Shown piece after piece: positions 11,991 to 26,762 of a DNA stretch of 64,000 nucleotides. The translations under genes and the position numbers were made by a program. The stretch lies in NCBI GenBank assembly GCA_002269645.1, contig NIVC01001442.1, positions 62,043-126,042 on the forward strand, read 5' to 3'. The first letter of the stretch is position 1, and each line of letters starts with the position of its first letter. The notes under the pieces are model-generated. The model worked only from the letters and a program-made list of their open reading frames with translations. It did not search any database and had not been told where the DNA came from. Origin of the DNA: Macrostomum lignano (lineage: Eukaryota).

Positions 11991-13166
11991 CAAAAAGTTT
12001 AGTGTGATCCTTGAAAAAATAGGAATTTTTAAAGCTAGTTTGAAAAAAATTGGCCAGATGGTTCTTGAAAAAATCAATAATAGACAGACAGACAGATAGA
12101 CAAACAACACAAAATTAGCATATCAATTTTGACAAGGATGCAAGCTAAGATACTGATAAGACTACTCTTTGGATTATTTTTTATATCGTATTTCTATATT
12201 GACTTATAGAATTTTAAAGAGCTGCACACTCCATATCTTACATATTATTTAAATTTGACATTTGCTTAATGCAATTAATTATTTAGAAATAACTATGATA
12301 ACCTATTCTATAAATTTTATACATGTACAACATTGTGTAAATATTCAAGTATTTAATAATATTACTAAAACTTAATAATAACTAAAACAATATTTAGTAT
12401 TTAATAACTAGTCATTTCTTGTTTTTGTTTTAATTTGATTCTGCAGCTAGGTGCAACCAAAATTAGTAACTAAGTTTGCTGCTAATTTTTGGAACTGATT
12501 TTACAGCTTGAAAAATGTCTTTTCTCATTTAAAAAGACAAATATGAAGCTTAATATATTTGGTAAGACTATTTTGATATTGAAAATAATCATTATGTTAA
12601 AAGCTTTATAAATTATAATGAAAAATATTCTCTTAAACTTGTTCTGCTTTGATTATTACCTTAATAAAAATTTTTAAGTAAGCAAATTACAATAAGAATC
12701 TACAATAGAAATGCATTATATATTATTACCTTTAAACTTGAAAAAAAGAATATAATTTTAGCTATATTTTAAATTTAAATGACAATAAAATTGAGCAAAG
12801 CATAAAACTTAAAAGCACAAATCTAGGTTTATATGTTAAAATTGTAAATTTATACTCAGGCACAGCCACAACCTAGCAATTTACTTGGCTATTTCTATTG
12901 ATAATACACAAGGCTCTATAGTTTATATAATATTTGTATAGAATTAGAAATATATATTATATATATATTACCAAAAGCTGATACTTTAAGATTTCTATAA
13001 AATCAGTTTAATTATATATAATACTAAATTTTTTATGATTATTATATAAATTTATTTTTAATTTATACAAACCTAGAAATTATATATGATAAAAACTAAC
13101 TAATAACCTTTTTTTCTGAGTAATTTTAAGCTAAAGAAATCTCAATCTAAAGCAATCTACAAAATA

Positions 13167-13398
13167 GGGCCTTTTCATATTACCAATTCCAGAACCAGAA
13201 TTGGTTCGGAATTCCAAGAAAAACAGCAGTATAACTATTAAACTCTGCACTATTTTTCACTTTCTTCTTGGCGATTGTCATTCAATAATAAAAACTTTAT
13301 AGCATGTATCTCCCTCTAGTCTAGTTATGGAGACAAAAAGTTATACTTCACAAATTGGTTCTGGTTCTGGAACCAGAGCAAGCAATATGAAAAGGCCC
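13167..13398. mobile_element. PIF/Harbinger-like MITE, copy 1 (232 bp)
   Basis: Perfect 15-bp TIR GGGCCTTTTCATATT, 3-bp TSD ATA, and a second copy at 44623-44883. Confidence 0.8.
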
Positions 13399-14164
13399 AT
13401 AGTCAATGCTATTAACTTATACTGTATTGTTAATTTTTTTAAATAGCAAATAAAGGTAACAAAGCTCTATACTTTACAAGAATTAATAATCATTTAGAAA
13501 ATAGACACCTATAGATTTGAAAGCTAAAAAATTATCTTAGGCAAAATTTCTACTAGTGTAAGCTATGACACACTACTTTTGGTAATGCCTAGAGTTAGAA
13601 AAAATCTTGGCATTCTTTTGGATGACAGTCAGCTTAATGTACTCAGTTTTGGTAGATATCACCATTGAAACTTGTCTCCATTTTATGAAATTATTTTTGA
13701 CATCTCAATTATTCTGTTCAAACACAAGAACCCACAAACTTTATATCAGATAAACACTATATTATCAGTTATATATGTAAGGTTACTTCGTATACATGTA
13801 GCTAGCCTAATTTGACCGAAAGCGTGCGTGTACGAAATAATCAATTAAATTGGCTTTTGCGAAAGTTAACTTTTAAATTTCTGCTAAGTGCATAATAAAC
13901 ATATTGCGTCACCACAGACAGATAAATGGGAGTATGTTTCTGATACAATGTTAAGCAATATTTTTACTTACGTTTTTTTATAGCTCTTGCATCTGAATCA
14001 GATGGTTACTTATTGATATTTTTTGTTTGTTCATTACTCAAGAATGCTGGAAATTAAACGAAATCTTATAAATATAAGCATTACGCGGGATGTTAACAAC
14101 TTGGTACCAAAATGGAAACATCACATGTACCAGAGCGGCGCTTTTGCTTTCGGGTCCCCTAGTG

Positions 14165-14588
14165 CAGGGGTCGCCACATGCGGCCCTCGAAGCCTCTCTA
14201 TCCGGCTCTCGGGTCCTTTAAAACTTTAGAATATAATATAGAATAGAATATAAGCAATCTGACCCGCTCAAGATTTTTATCTTTTCTCAGCTCTCTTCTC
14301 TTCGAGCTTCTCTCTCTTCTTTCCCCTTTTAAATTCTCTCTATTATCTCTCTCCTCTCTCCCCTAACCCCTCGATCCCCTCTCCGCTCTCCCCTCTCTCG
14401 TCTCTAATTCTCTCCTCTTAAAATTTTTTTCTCCTCCTATCTCCCGCTTCTTTCTTCTATCATCAGTCATCTCTCATCTACGATTAATTCCCTTTCCTTT
14501 CCACTTTCATCAGGCCCGCAGCCATGAGCTGGATTCTCTATCTGGGTCTGGCCATTGAGGTAAAAATGTGTGCCGATGCCGACCCCTG
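14165..14588. mobile_element. Possible old hAT-like non-autonomous element
   Basis: 9-bp TIR CAGGGGTCG / CGACCCCTG around a pyrimidine-rich interior; the 8-bp flanks match only 4/8, so no TSD is demonstrable. Confidence 0.35.
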
Positions 14589-14989
14589 CTGTAATTAGCG
14601 ATTGAAATCCTATCTGCTTGTGTCTCGCTAGCTAGACCTGTGGGAAAATATGCAATGAAGAGGGATCTCATTTTTCAACTTAAAGCTCCAGAATGGAAGT
14701 GATGTATAGAGCGGCGCTTCACATTTGACTTTAAAAGTTTACAATTACGTATCTTGACCAAAAACAGACAACTCATCCTTTTGTTATGCTTTTAAGCTAT
14801 TTCGCCATAGATTTTCCACACGCATTTTCCATGCGTCATGTCATGTTATGTGGCATGTTTGCCACAATGCCACGTCAAATCACCCAAAAGTCAACTCTCA
14901 TGATGACACAAATTCAATAAAATTATCGTAAAAAAAAGACCGAAACGACACCTTGGAATAAATTGTTCTCCTTTGTTTTACTATGCCAA

Positions 14990-15060
14990 GCATCGGTGGT
15001 TCAGTGGTAGAATGCTCGCCTGCCACGCGGGCGGCCCGGGTTCGATTCCCGGCCGATGCA
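14990..15060 (+). tRNA. tRNA-Gly-GCC: tRNA-Gly (anticodon GCC)
   Basis: GCATCGGTGGTTCAGTGGTAGAATGCTCGCCTGCCACGCGGGCGGCCCGGGTTCGATTCCCGGCCGATGCA: full cloverleaf with A and B boxes, followed by a T6 terminator. Confidence 0.98.
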
Positions 15061-15063
15061 AAT

Positions 15064-15069
15064 TTTTTA
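15064..15069 (+). terminator. Pol III terminator (T6)
   Basis: TTTTTT 3 nt after the tRNA discriminator base. Confidence 0.85.
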
Positions 15070-16415
15070 GTAATTGTCTTTATCCAGCTCTCGTTATAAT
15101 TTTCCGACATTTTTGCATATCGTAACAGAAAATAATATTTTTTTTGTTTTGTCACAGCGTCGTTATTTCACGAATAAACATTATTTTATACTTTGTGTCC
15201 ACTTTCTGCAGTTTACTGCATACTCTACTAACAACAGGAGCGTTGGAAAATAATTGTCTTGGTCTTGAACTCCGAGTAAAATAAGCCATTTACTAGCATG
15301 CATTCCAAAACTCATAAAAATTGATGAACCGCTTTATTAGGCAGAAACTGCAGCTTCGGCACTCCGCCAGTGCTAGGGACTGCTATAATTACTCTTGACG
15401 GTATTCTAAATATTTGTCCGCCAACGCGAGCGCCGCCAAAAAAGCGTTCTGTCTCTGTTCTCTGTACAGATCGCTTGTTGCACATCTGCTGCAAGCAAGG
15501 CCTTCAAACCCGGATATTGCGCCCCCCTGCATGCATTAGTTAACTGCTTAATTGATGCACCGTGGGTTCTCTGTCTCTGCTAGCCAAGTGTTTTGCAAGT
15601 ATATTGCCTGCGGGCCACTGACTGAATTGGGGGGGGGGATTATTAGGAGAAGAAAAGGATTCCATGCAAACTGCACAGCATCGCTGGGGGGAAACAACTG
15701 CTGCAGTTTCAGTCCCTCGCGCTCACGGGGAGGCGAGGGGGGGGGCTGCTGACAAATATTTTTGCTGCAGCCTCATCCACTGGGGCAATAGTTTATACGC
15801 CTGCCCAGCTGAACCTGGCAAATTTTAGGGATTAGGCAAAGCAAGATGATCTGCCATGGGAGCCTGGGGATAGCTGATGGTATAGCACAGGCTGATTGCG
15901 TATTACCTGACAAATGCACCAGTAGCTCCCGAGCCTGCGATGATAGGGCCATGATGAAGATGATGAGGATTGAGGATTCTGGAACGCATTCGCCCGCTGC
16001 TGCTGCTGTGAGAGAGAGAGAGATGCATCGAGCCACTTGGCGCAAAGATTCGGATTCGGGGCAGTAAAAAATCAAATCCACTTTAAAAAAATCACGCCCC
16101 GTGCATGAGTGATGCAGCAGCTTAAGGCTCTGAAGCTCGCAATATCTGCATGCGATTTGATTGGCAACTTCTGCGGCATGCCGGGCGTCGCGTGACCGGC
16201 TGTGGGTGTTGATTTAGCAAATTTTGCTTCCAGCAGCAGATGTGGCGTATCGCAAATTGCTGTGCAAATTTGCCATTTTTTACTCTTTAAAATTGCCATG
16301 CAACAGCACTTGCTCTGCGCGTTCCCATGCGATACAAATGGCTGCGAGGGTAATTTGGGTGACTGCACTCGGCAGTTCCGATGCCTGCTTTCCTGTTCCT
16401 GTCTGCTTTTTGGGG

Positions 16416-16925
<510 letters not shown>

Positions 16926-17519
16926 AGTGTCGGGGGTTACCATACCCAAACCACAATTTTTCATCACCAGATACCCGTGTGCATCGGTGATTTCAAAATC
17001 GCGGATTCAGGCCAGCGCTGAAGAGTAACAATTCCAATCAAGTCTGCTAATTTAAGACCCCCCTGGAGGCGGGGCGGCCAGGTCACTGAGCGGCAAAAGC
17101 CGACCCGATGCGTACGGCGGCTAGCGCGAGCTCATTAAATCACGAGCCCGAGCGGCTGCCTCCTTTAGTGATTTTATTCGCTTCGACTGTCCCCCGCCTG
17201 CCCGGCCCCAGAGCTCTCCGCATGGAAACTGCTTCTTCCGCCTTCATAATTCTCTCCATTCTGACCTCCCCTTTTTATTCCTTGTGAGAGGGGAAATTTA
17301 TTGAAGCGGTGCGGCGAGACCGGGGCGGCTAAGAAATTTTATTTTCTCTCGCAGTAAAAGCAGAATCCTCAGTGAAATGCGACTCCTTGGCGCATTTTCC
17401 TGTTGCTGTTCAATCCTAAAACTCTAAAGCAATGCAAATCGAAAAAAATTCTGTCGCTAGGCATTTTGATCTGCATCATTTTTAGCCAGCTCTAAAAATA
17501 TGCTTAGCACTACTGAAGC

Positions 17520-17829
17520 TTCATTCCGGCTAGCCTGAGGCCAGTGCTAAGCTACTAATGAATTTCACTCATTCCGGCTAGCCTGAGGCCAGTGCTAAGC
17601 TACTAATGAATTTCACTCCAGCTAGCCTGAGGCCAGTGCTAAGCTACTAATGAATTTCACTCATTTCGGCTAGCCTGAGGCCAGTGCTAAGCTACTAATG
17701 AATTTCACTCATTTCGGCTAGCCTGAGGCCAGTGCTAAGCTACTAATGAATTTCACTCCCGCTAGCCTGAGGCCAGTGCTAAGCTACTAATGAATTTCAC
17801 TCATTCCGGCTAGCCTGAGTGCTAAGCTA
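17520..17829. repeat. 48-bp minisatellite
   Basis: CATTCCGGCTAGCCTGAGGCCAGTGCTAAGCTACTAATGAATTTCACT, about 6.5 copies. Confidence 0.95.
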
Positions 17830-18650
17830 TTCTGACTCATCTAATCCATTTCTGACGACGCCCTTGACGAGTCATTTTTGAGCTGTCTCGTCAGCAGACT
17901 AGCGGTGATTTTACGCATTCGCAATGGAAATCGATTTCCAAGCAAGCCCAGCGCAAGCGGGTCTCGTCTTACAAAGAATTGATTGCGCTCCAATCAAGCT
18001 TTGAGCACCTGGAGTTCCCCCACCTCCTCGCCCACTAAGCATGGAAAGTGCATGGCTTGGACTTCATCCAGTCCTGCAGGCTTCTTTGCTGGAAATCGCT
18101 GTATTTACCAGCGCTGAAGCCGCGGTAGGTAGGCAGAAGCTCGATGGTAATGGCAGTCCCCTCCGTGACAGGTTGGTTACTTTCAAGCCAACCTCCACTT
18201 CGCTCTTACACACTTAACAAGCCAGCCATGCCACTTTCGCCTCCGTGGAAACTTGCCTCGGCGTCCCAAAAATATCATCTGTTTATTTTCCCACCCTTGA
18301 CGGCTCTCGCGCCTGGTTGCGGCGCCACTCTCTCTCTCTCTGTCCATTTTCCATTTCCACCTTTCACTTACCGGTGAGGGGGGGTTCCGCCTCGCCAATG
18401 CATACTCTCTATGGGCTCGGCCTGTTTGAGAGTGCGGACAGTGGATTGGGTGGACATTTGGGAAGAAGTTAGTGAGTGATTTTGAACGCGTTCGGACTTG
18501 GGTTGGGACATCCGTCCATCTTGGCCGGCTCCGCAGGTCCCTCTCTGCCTGCGCCTGCTAGTCGGGCCTAATTAAATTGAAGCAGAAGTTTTCCGCACCC
18601 GTCACACGGCAGCTCCCCGAAGCCTTCAAACGCTTTGCGTCGAAACCCAC

Positions 18651-18653
<3 letters not shown>

Positions 18654-18688
<35 letters not shown>

Positions 18689-18915
18689 ACACGGCGAGAT
18701 TGCGTGCGAAAGTGCTGACCTTTGCGAAATCTCGGTGTTTAAGCCGGGGGCGGTGTCAAACATGCGTGGGGCTGCCAATACGTTTGATGCCGGGTAGTGG
18801 AGAGGGAGAGGGTAGTAAGCCAAACATATCAGCATATCCGCTAGAGCTGTCTGTCTGCCTGCCTGCCTGCCTGCCTGCCTGCCGGCCTACCTGCCTGCTG
18901 CCTGCCTGCTGCCTG
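18654..18915. repeat. (CT)n at 18654-18684 and (GCCT)n at ~18849-18915
   Basis: Direct reading. Confidence 0.85.
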
Positions 18916-19002
18916 CCGCAACACACTGCATATATTCTCCTCGCACCTTTCCGCTGGTGCGACTGTAAGTGAGACAGCGAGCGTACTCGAGTCTGAGCTG
19001 GT

Positions 19003-19452
19003 GGGGAGATAGGGATGGGAAGATTTGGGATTGGGAATATTTGGGGATGGGGAGATAGGGGGATGGGGGAGATAGGGGAATGGGATAGGAAATAGGGGGA
19101 TGGGGAGATAGGCGGATGGAAAGAATGTGGAGATAGAGGGATGGGGAGATAAGGCGATGGGGAGATATAGGGATGGGGAGATAAGGCGATGGGGAGATAG
19201 GGGGATGGAGATAGGGGTTTGGGGAGATAGGGGAATGAGGGGATGGGAAATAGGGGGATGGAGAAAATGGGGAGATAAAGGGATAGGGATATAAGGGGAT
19301 GGGGGATGGGGAGATAAGGGGATGGGGAGATAGGGGGACAACAGACACTAAGACGGACACTAAGACGGACACTAAGACGGACACTAAGACGGACACTAGG
19401 ACGGACACTATGACGGACACTAAGACGGACACTAAGACGGACACTCTGACAG
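19003..19452. repeat. Degenerate GGGGAGATAGGGGGAT tract followed by a 12-bp GACGGACACTAA array
   Basis: Direct reading; the 12-mer array spans ~19342-19452. Confidence 0.9.
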
Positions 19453-19885
19453 ACACCATCAAGACATATAGGCGCTAAGACAGACAACCAAACATCCAGA
19501 CTACATGGCAACACTAGCACTGACTGATCACGCGGGTCAGACCAAACCCGATATCCGTAGCTACTGAAAGATGCTCAAGCAAATTAACAAAATAAACTCA
19601 AGGTGTCGGGTTGCTCTCGGAATGAATCGCTCACTAAAAGGTGTTGCAATTAAAGCAGGTTTAATCGCCGATTGCTCTCCAGACATCCATCCCAATGGCA
19701 GGCAGCGGAAGTGTTAGCTTTGAAAAAGAACCCTGCGCCCTGGACTTCAGTCAGTGGTGTTGAATTTCAATACGAGCTGACTACAGGACTAAACTGATGC
19801 AGCGAGCACAGGAATGGACAATTAAATGGTGCTTTTTAACAACTGACTCTTCTGCTAATGATCAATGTGGCTGGTACAGTCTCGG

Positions 19886-20562
19886 AGTGAAACTGGCTGA
19901 AACTGGCATAGTGAGACTGGCAGAATCTCATAGGGAGACTGGCTAAAGTACTGGCAGAATCTCTCAGTGAGACTAGCAAAATCTCACTGAGACTGACAGA
20001 ATCTCACTGAGATTGACAGAATCTAACAGTGAGACTGGCTGAATTTCACAGTGAGACTGGCAGAATCTCATAGTGAGACTGGCTGAATCTCACTGAGACT
20101 GACAGAATCTCACAGTGAGACTGGCAGAATCTCTCAGTGAGACTGCCAAATCTCACTGAGACTGACAGAATCTCACAGTGAGACTGGCAGAATCTCTCAG
20201 TGAGACTGGCAGAATCTCATAGTGAGACTGGCAGAATCTCACAGTGAGACTGGCAGAATCTCACAGTGAGACTGGCAGAATCTCACAGTGAGACTTGCAG
20301 AATCTCACAGTGAGACTGGCAGAATCTCACAGTGAGACTGGCAGAATCTCACAGTGAGACTGGCAGAATCTCACATTGAGACTGGCAGAATCTCACAGTG
20401 AGACTGGCAGAATCTCACAGTGAGACTGGCTGAATCTCACAGTGAGACTTGCAGAATCTCACAGTGAGACTGGCAGAATCTCACAGTGAGACTGGCAGAA
20501 TCTCACAGTGAGACTGGCAGAATCTCACAGTGAAACTGGCAGAATCTCTCAGTGGGACTGGC
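19886..20562. repeat. 22-bp palindromic minisatellite
   Basis: AGTGAGACTGGCAGAATCTCAC, about 30 copies; each unit contains the inverted pair GTGAGA/TCTCAC. Confidence 0.97.
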
Positions 20563-20970
20563 TAATGGACTGGCACAGAGCAAACATGCATCGCAGTCGC
20601 TTGGTTAGAAAATATTTTCAGCAAAGTCGCTCACGCGATCCGCCATTCAAATTGTTCAAAATAGCCCACGCATCTTCAGTCTGCAGGCAGTTGAGTGCCA
20701 GAAATTCCGCCAACACAAAAACGACAATCCAATGAGCCGCTGGGAGTGTCGATGCAGATTGCTCCGCTGCTCCGCTGGCTGGAGCGGCCGGTTTGTCAAA
20801 CCCCGTCTACGCCCCGCTGGTTCTCATGACTGTGGGGATGTGTCTGATTAGTGCACGCTTTATTTGAGCCTGCGGGATTAACACGCATCTCCGTAGCACT
20901 TCTTGATGGGCTGCCCACTCCAGATTACTGCCTCTGTTGGTGTAAAATAGAATCTTTGCACTTTCCTGAG

Positions 20971-21902
<932 letters not shown>

Positions 21903-24877
21903 CACTGTGCACTGGATTAATCCTGCACTGCACACCACCGAGCTCAGAGCAGTGCTGTACAGTCCTCACAGCACTCAGCGGTGCTTCCGCCCGGCCACCT
22001 GCTTATCTCCTAGCGAGTTCAATCTCTCTCCCTGCCACAGCTAATCCGTGGGAGCCAGGTGTGTTGGCCGGCCTTCCTATTCCTCCGCCTAAATTTATTC
22101 TCTTCCCCCAACGCTGATCGGGACTCGAGAGCCGAGAAGTATGATAAAAATTCAAGGGGAATCAGAATGAATAGGCAGGAGGGTGTGAAAAAACACGCCG
22201 CCATCAGCCGCAGACTCGCTGATGCCGGTTCACGTGGACAAACAATGACTCACTCGTGTCTCCGCCCTCGGACCCCCCTCTCTCTCCCATGTGCTGCCGG
22301 CGCACTTGTTCACGCCTCATTTCATTTCCCATCTCTGGAGTTCCGGAACGAAATCCGAATTGAGGCGCCGGAGAGGCGCTGCTCTGATCCTCCCCTAGTC
22401 AGCTCAAACAGACTCCCCTCCACCCGATCAAACTCTCATTTCCCACAACTTCCCATATTCCCATGCAACAGCGCAGCTGCCGCCCCCCCCCCCCCGACCT
22501 TCTTTCACAGCCGTGCCAAGTTCCCACAGTTGACACCTGTAGACATTAAATTTTCTTGCTGCCTCAATAAAGTTCATGGCTGCACAAGTTGGCGAAGTAT
22601 TGACCGAGAAAAGTAACGCGCCAGAGCCGTGACAGACTGAAGCAGCTTTGTAGTGCAGACCGGAGACGATAAGATCCTCAGTTGAAAACAGAATTCATCC
22701 CCGAGAACAAGGGATCCGCATTTTGTGGGAACACCAAAATCCACCTCCCATTATTAGAAATGGAATTGAAATTCAGGGGAGTATGAGCTGAAGAGGTCGG
22801 GCGGATTCTCAAAGCCGACAGGCAGAGGGGTCTCTGAGTGCATGAATTCCCATTTTGATTTTCGTGCTCAACAAGCTTCCCTATTTTGCGATTCATGCCA
22901 TCTTTTTTGCGAGAGCCAATCTGCCTGTCCCTCTCTCGCCAGCCCTATTCCGGCCTTCATTGCCTCGAGCGATCCAACAGGCTCAATGAGTGTCTGCTCA
23001 GATTGCGAGAAGGCGAGACAGGACTGGAGAATAAGGGAGTGGAGAGATGGGAACAGAGATGCCTCTCGGATGCCAGTTTGCCCGCCATGCTCGCTCTGGC
23101 TCACGATGAAGGAGAAGGGGAGGCTGCGGAGACTGAGAAGAATGTTGACTCAGTCAAAAAGCTCCAAAAAGCTCTCCCCACCCCCGATCTCATTTCAGAG
23201 AGCTGGAAAGAGAGGCAGTGAGACACAGGGGCCAGGGAGAAGTGTTGTGTGTTGTCACGTAGGATCTGGGTTGGTGGGGGGGGGGGCTTTGGGATTATTG
23301 CAGACGATGAGCCCTTCCCTTCTTCACTCATATAAGTCCTGCTCCCAACGCCCTCCCTCTTGCTCGCCGTCGCCGCGTGCGCTGGTGCTGCGAACTTCCA
23401 GTGTGGAAGAAAACTTTCAAGAAGCAAATCCGCTCTCCAGCCCCCACGAGAGGAAGTCCGGGTGGATGCGCCCGGACTGCTTGGACTAATAAAATATCTG
23501 AGAAATGACTGCGGGTTGCCGCGGACTGGGCTGGGAAAGAGAAGGCAAAGCATATCAAAGAAAATGTGGCAAACGCGATGAAGGCCTTGATTAGTTTTGT
23601 CTTGCATCCTTTATCTTCTTTTTTGACTATTTCTCCTTCTCGTCTTTCTTTATTTGCTCGAAGCAGGGGCCGAGGAGAGGGAAATTCTTGTCTTGTTTGA
23701 AATCCCCGACTGCTATGCTTGAGCTTAGCGGCTCAATGCTCGCTCCCCGATCCCCTGGCATGGGGGCGGCTGGTATGAGAAAATGATGAAGAAGCCGGAG
23801 TGGCCGCTGAATGGTCAACAAATCTTCAAGTCTCAGGGCCGTGACTTTCACGAAAACCTGACTGAGATGAGATGAGTGAAAGAAGGAGATGGGAAGAGAG
23901 CGGAAACAGAGGTGGGAAGAGGGGGATATAGATATACCGGTGAGATAAGAAGAGAGGATAGATGTGGTACTGAGAGTTAGATAGGAGCGGAGTGAGACCG
24001 GGAGAGCTAATCATAGTGCGGTAAAGACCAAGAGACATAAGTCAGAAAATATTCGAGCGCGACACTTAGAAGGGTGAGATGGATTAGAGTAGAAATGTGC
24101 CGGGGAGAGTGTCGAGTGAGCGAGAGACGGGGAGGCCCGGGATGGGAGCGCAGGAAGGCAGGGGGCGTCTCAGAGATGATGAGCTGCTCGGAGCAGTTGG
24201 CCCGATTGTATTGAAGCGCCCCCACTTTGATCAATAATCTGTCCGAAGGCTTTCGGTTAGCGTTAATGGTCCCGCCCGCCCCCCCCCTCATTTCCCCTTT
24301 CCAGCCCCTCAGTCACTCCCGCCTCTCAGCTCCTCCTGCCGGGAACATTCTTCGCCCCCTTGCAGTGTTTATCCCATCCTTCAAGCCCCCCCGACCACTC
24401 CAGCCTCCTTCCGTCGCATGCCGCCCCATATCCTCACGCGCTCTCCCCGCCCGCTTTCTGTATATTTTTTCACATCCTTTTTCGCCTTCATCTTCTTCCC
24501 AAACTGCGCCCCCGAACTGCTGGACCCAGAGGGGGGCCTCTGGTTAAATAAGAGAAAGATGGAGCAGGGAAGCTGACCTAGATGGTTTAACAAGATAGGG
24601 GAAGCCGTGTGGATTGGTTGCTCGCGTGCAATTTTTTTTAAAAGCAGTCTTTTAGCGAGCAGCCAGTTTAAGCAAAAATTTGCCGCTTTGTCGAAAATCA
24701 AAATAAAGACACGTCGATGAGCCTGATGATAAAGATTGGGGTGGGACTGCGAAATGGGCTTGTCAGTAGCGCTCCAACCCATATGGGGTGGCGTTGCACT
24801 GCGCTTGAGCGGCTTCGCATTTCGGTTGCGACTTTCCATCGTCCCATACAGTTCAAAGTCCATCTTCTTTTCAGCCT

Positions 24878-25325
24878 CAGCTGCAGTTCAGCTGCAGTTC
24901 AGCTTCAGTTCAGCTGCAGTTCAGCTGCAGTTCAGCTCCAGTTCAGCTGCAGTTTAGCTGCAGTTCAGCTGCAGTTCAGCTGCAGTTCAGCTGCAGTTCA
25001 GCTGCAGTTCAGCTGCAGTTCAGCTGCAGTTCAGCTGCAGTTCAGCTGCAGTTCAGCTGCAGTTCAGCTGCAGTTCAGCTGCAGTTCAGCTGCAGTTCAG
25101 CTGCAGTTCAGCTGCAGTTCAGCTGCAGTTCAGCTGCAGTTCAGCTGCAGTTCAGCTGCAGTTCAGCTGCAGTTCAGCTGCAGTTCAGCTGCAGTTCAGC
25201 TGCAGTTCAGCTCGAGTTCAGCTGCAGTTCAGCTGCAGTTCAGCTGCAGTTCAGCTGCAGTTCAGCTGCAGTTCAGCTGCAGTTCAGCTGCAGTTCAGCT
25301 GCAGTTCAGCTGCAGTTCAGCTGCA
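24878..25325. repeat. 11-bp array CAGCTGCAGTT
   Basis: About 40 copies, each with overlapping CAGCTG and CTGCAG palindromes. Confidence 0.98.
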
Positions 25326-26589
25326 CCTCAGCTCCGAACTTGTCCAACAATATGTCAAACGGGATTTCGCAGCCAATTTCCCCACAAGGTTGCCAACTCT
25401 TCATCCAGGGTTAAACAGTGTGCCGCTTGACCCTTCCACCTCCCTAAAGTCAGATCCCAGCAAAGACGAAATAAAGACGAAATTAATTAGCAACCAGTCC
25501 CTTATTGCATAATCGGGCATTCGAACATTTTAAACACAGTGAGGGAAATTGGGACAGAAGTTGGAAATGCAAAGAGGCGCGGTTGAAGCAGCTGGAAACA
25601 GTCAGGTTGACTTTGCTCAAAGCAGCGGCTTTTGAAGGCCTGAGCGCCTGCCTCAGGCTGCATGCCCCTCCCACAGCCTGGGGGGGGGGGGGCAGAAGAC
25701 TACACGAACAGACTTCTGCCCACCGTCTTTCCTCCTTATCATCTCTCCCGCTGATCCAAAAAGCCTCCCTCTCTTCATATTTCCCAGTCTCATTGCCGCG
25801 AATTTCTCAGTTGCTCAGCTCCGGGCAGCAGAAATCGATTTCTCCCCAGATAGCGATGTGATTCGGTCGCATACGCAGCTCGAGGGGTAGGCGGCAGCTC
25901 GTTGCTGAGAAGCCTCGGCCTGATGAGGCAGATAGGTGCAACGGGATAGACGGATGGGAAGAAGAAGCGGTTTGGGATTTCCGCCGGGTAAGCCGATCCA
26001 AATGCGATAATGAGCTATGGAAGAAGCTTTTTGAGAAGCCGCCCTCCCCCTTCTCTGCAGCTCTGTGCTGCATCCGATTTCCTGTATCCCCCAACAGCTG
26101 AAAGAAGAGACAAGGAAAATGAGGCGCCCCTTGAGTTTGACCTCCTTCCCCTCCTGTTCAATCCACTGCAGCTAGCGGTCAATGACTTCCAGCTCTGCTC
26201 AGAGCCACCCCATGCTCACCCTGTCATTGTGCTCATTTATTCTGCCAAATGATATAACTGGGTATGCTGGCTAAGTTAGTTCTGGAACCTGCTAACTGCA
26301 ATGCGCTCAGAGTGGTGTTACTCAACCCCCTCCAAGTCACACTAACTCCATGCTTTATTGAATTGAATATTGAGGCATTGAATATCCCAGTGGGGTGGCA
26401 GGCAGCTCACACACGCGCTTACTAAGCTCACAGTGAAGCTCCTGGCAGCAGCTGTGAGGACCACTTTAGTTAATTAATTACGCTCGTATTGTCACACTCG
26501 TACAGCACTATGAGAGCAGTGTACTTGTGAGATGCGCATAGCTGAGCTCATTCTGCTGTGGATCAACCCTAGCCTAATTTAGCCAGCTT

Positions 26590-26762
26590 TACTCAACCTT
26601 ACTTAACTTTACTCAGCCTTACTCAACCTTACTCAGTTCCTTACTTATCCTTACTCAACCTTACTCAACCCTACTCAACCTTACTAACCCCAACCTTACT
26701 CAAAACCTTATTTAGCCTTTACTTGATTTTCAGTCAACCTTACTCGACTTAACTCAACCTTC
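26590..26762. repeat. Degenerate 10-bp CCTTACTCAA repeat
   Basis: Direct reading. Confidence 0.8.

Noticed and set aside
11990-12135. Helitron/Helentron-like segment with a short (CAGA)n
   Set aside because: No terminal hairpin or subterminal inverted repeats could be demonstrated.
19745-19785. Hairpin AGTCAG...CTGACT as a possible miRNA
   Set aside because: The stem is too short and bulged, and no known mature miRNA is recognisable.
19886-20562. CRISPR-like palindromic repeat array (also considered 39175-40480 and 17520-17829)
   Set aside because: The units are head-to-tail with no unique spacers, there are no cas genes, and the context is eukaryotic.
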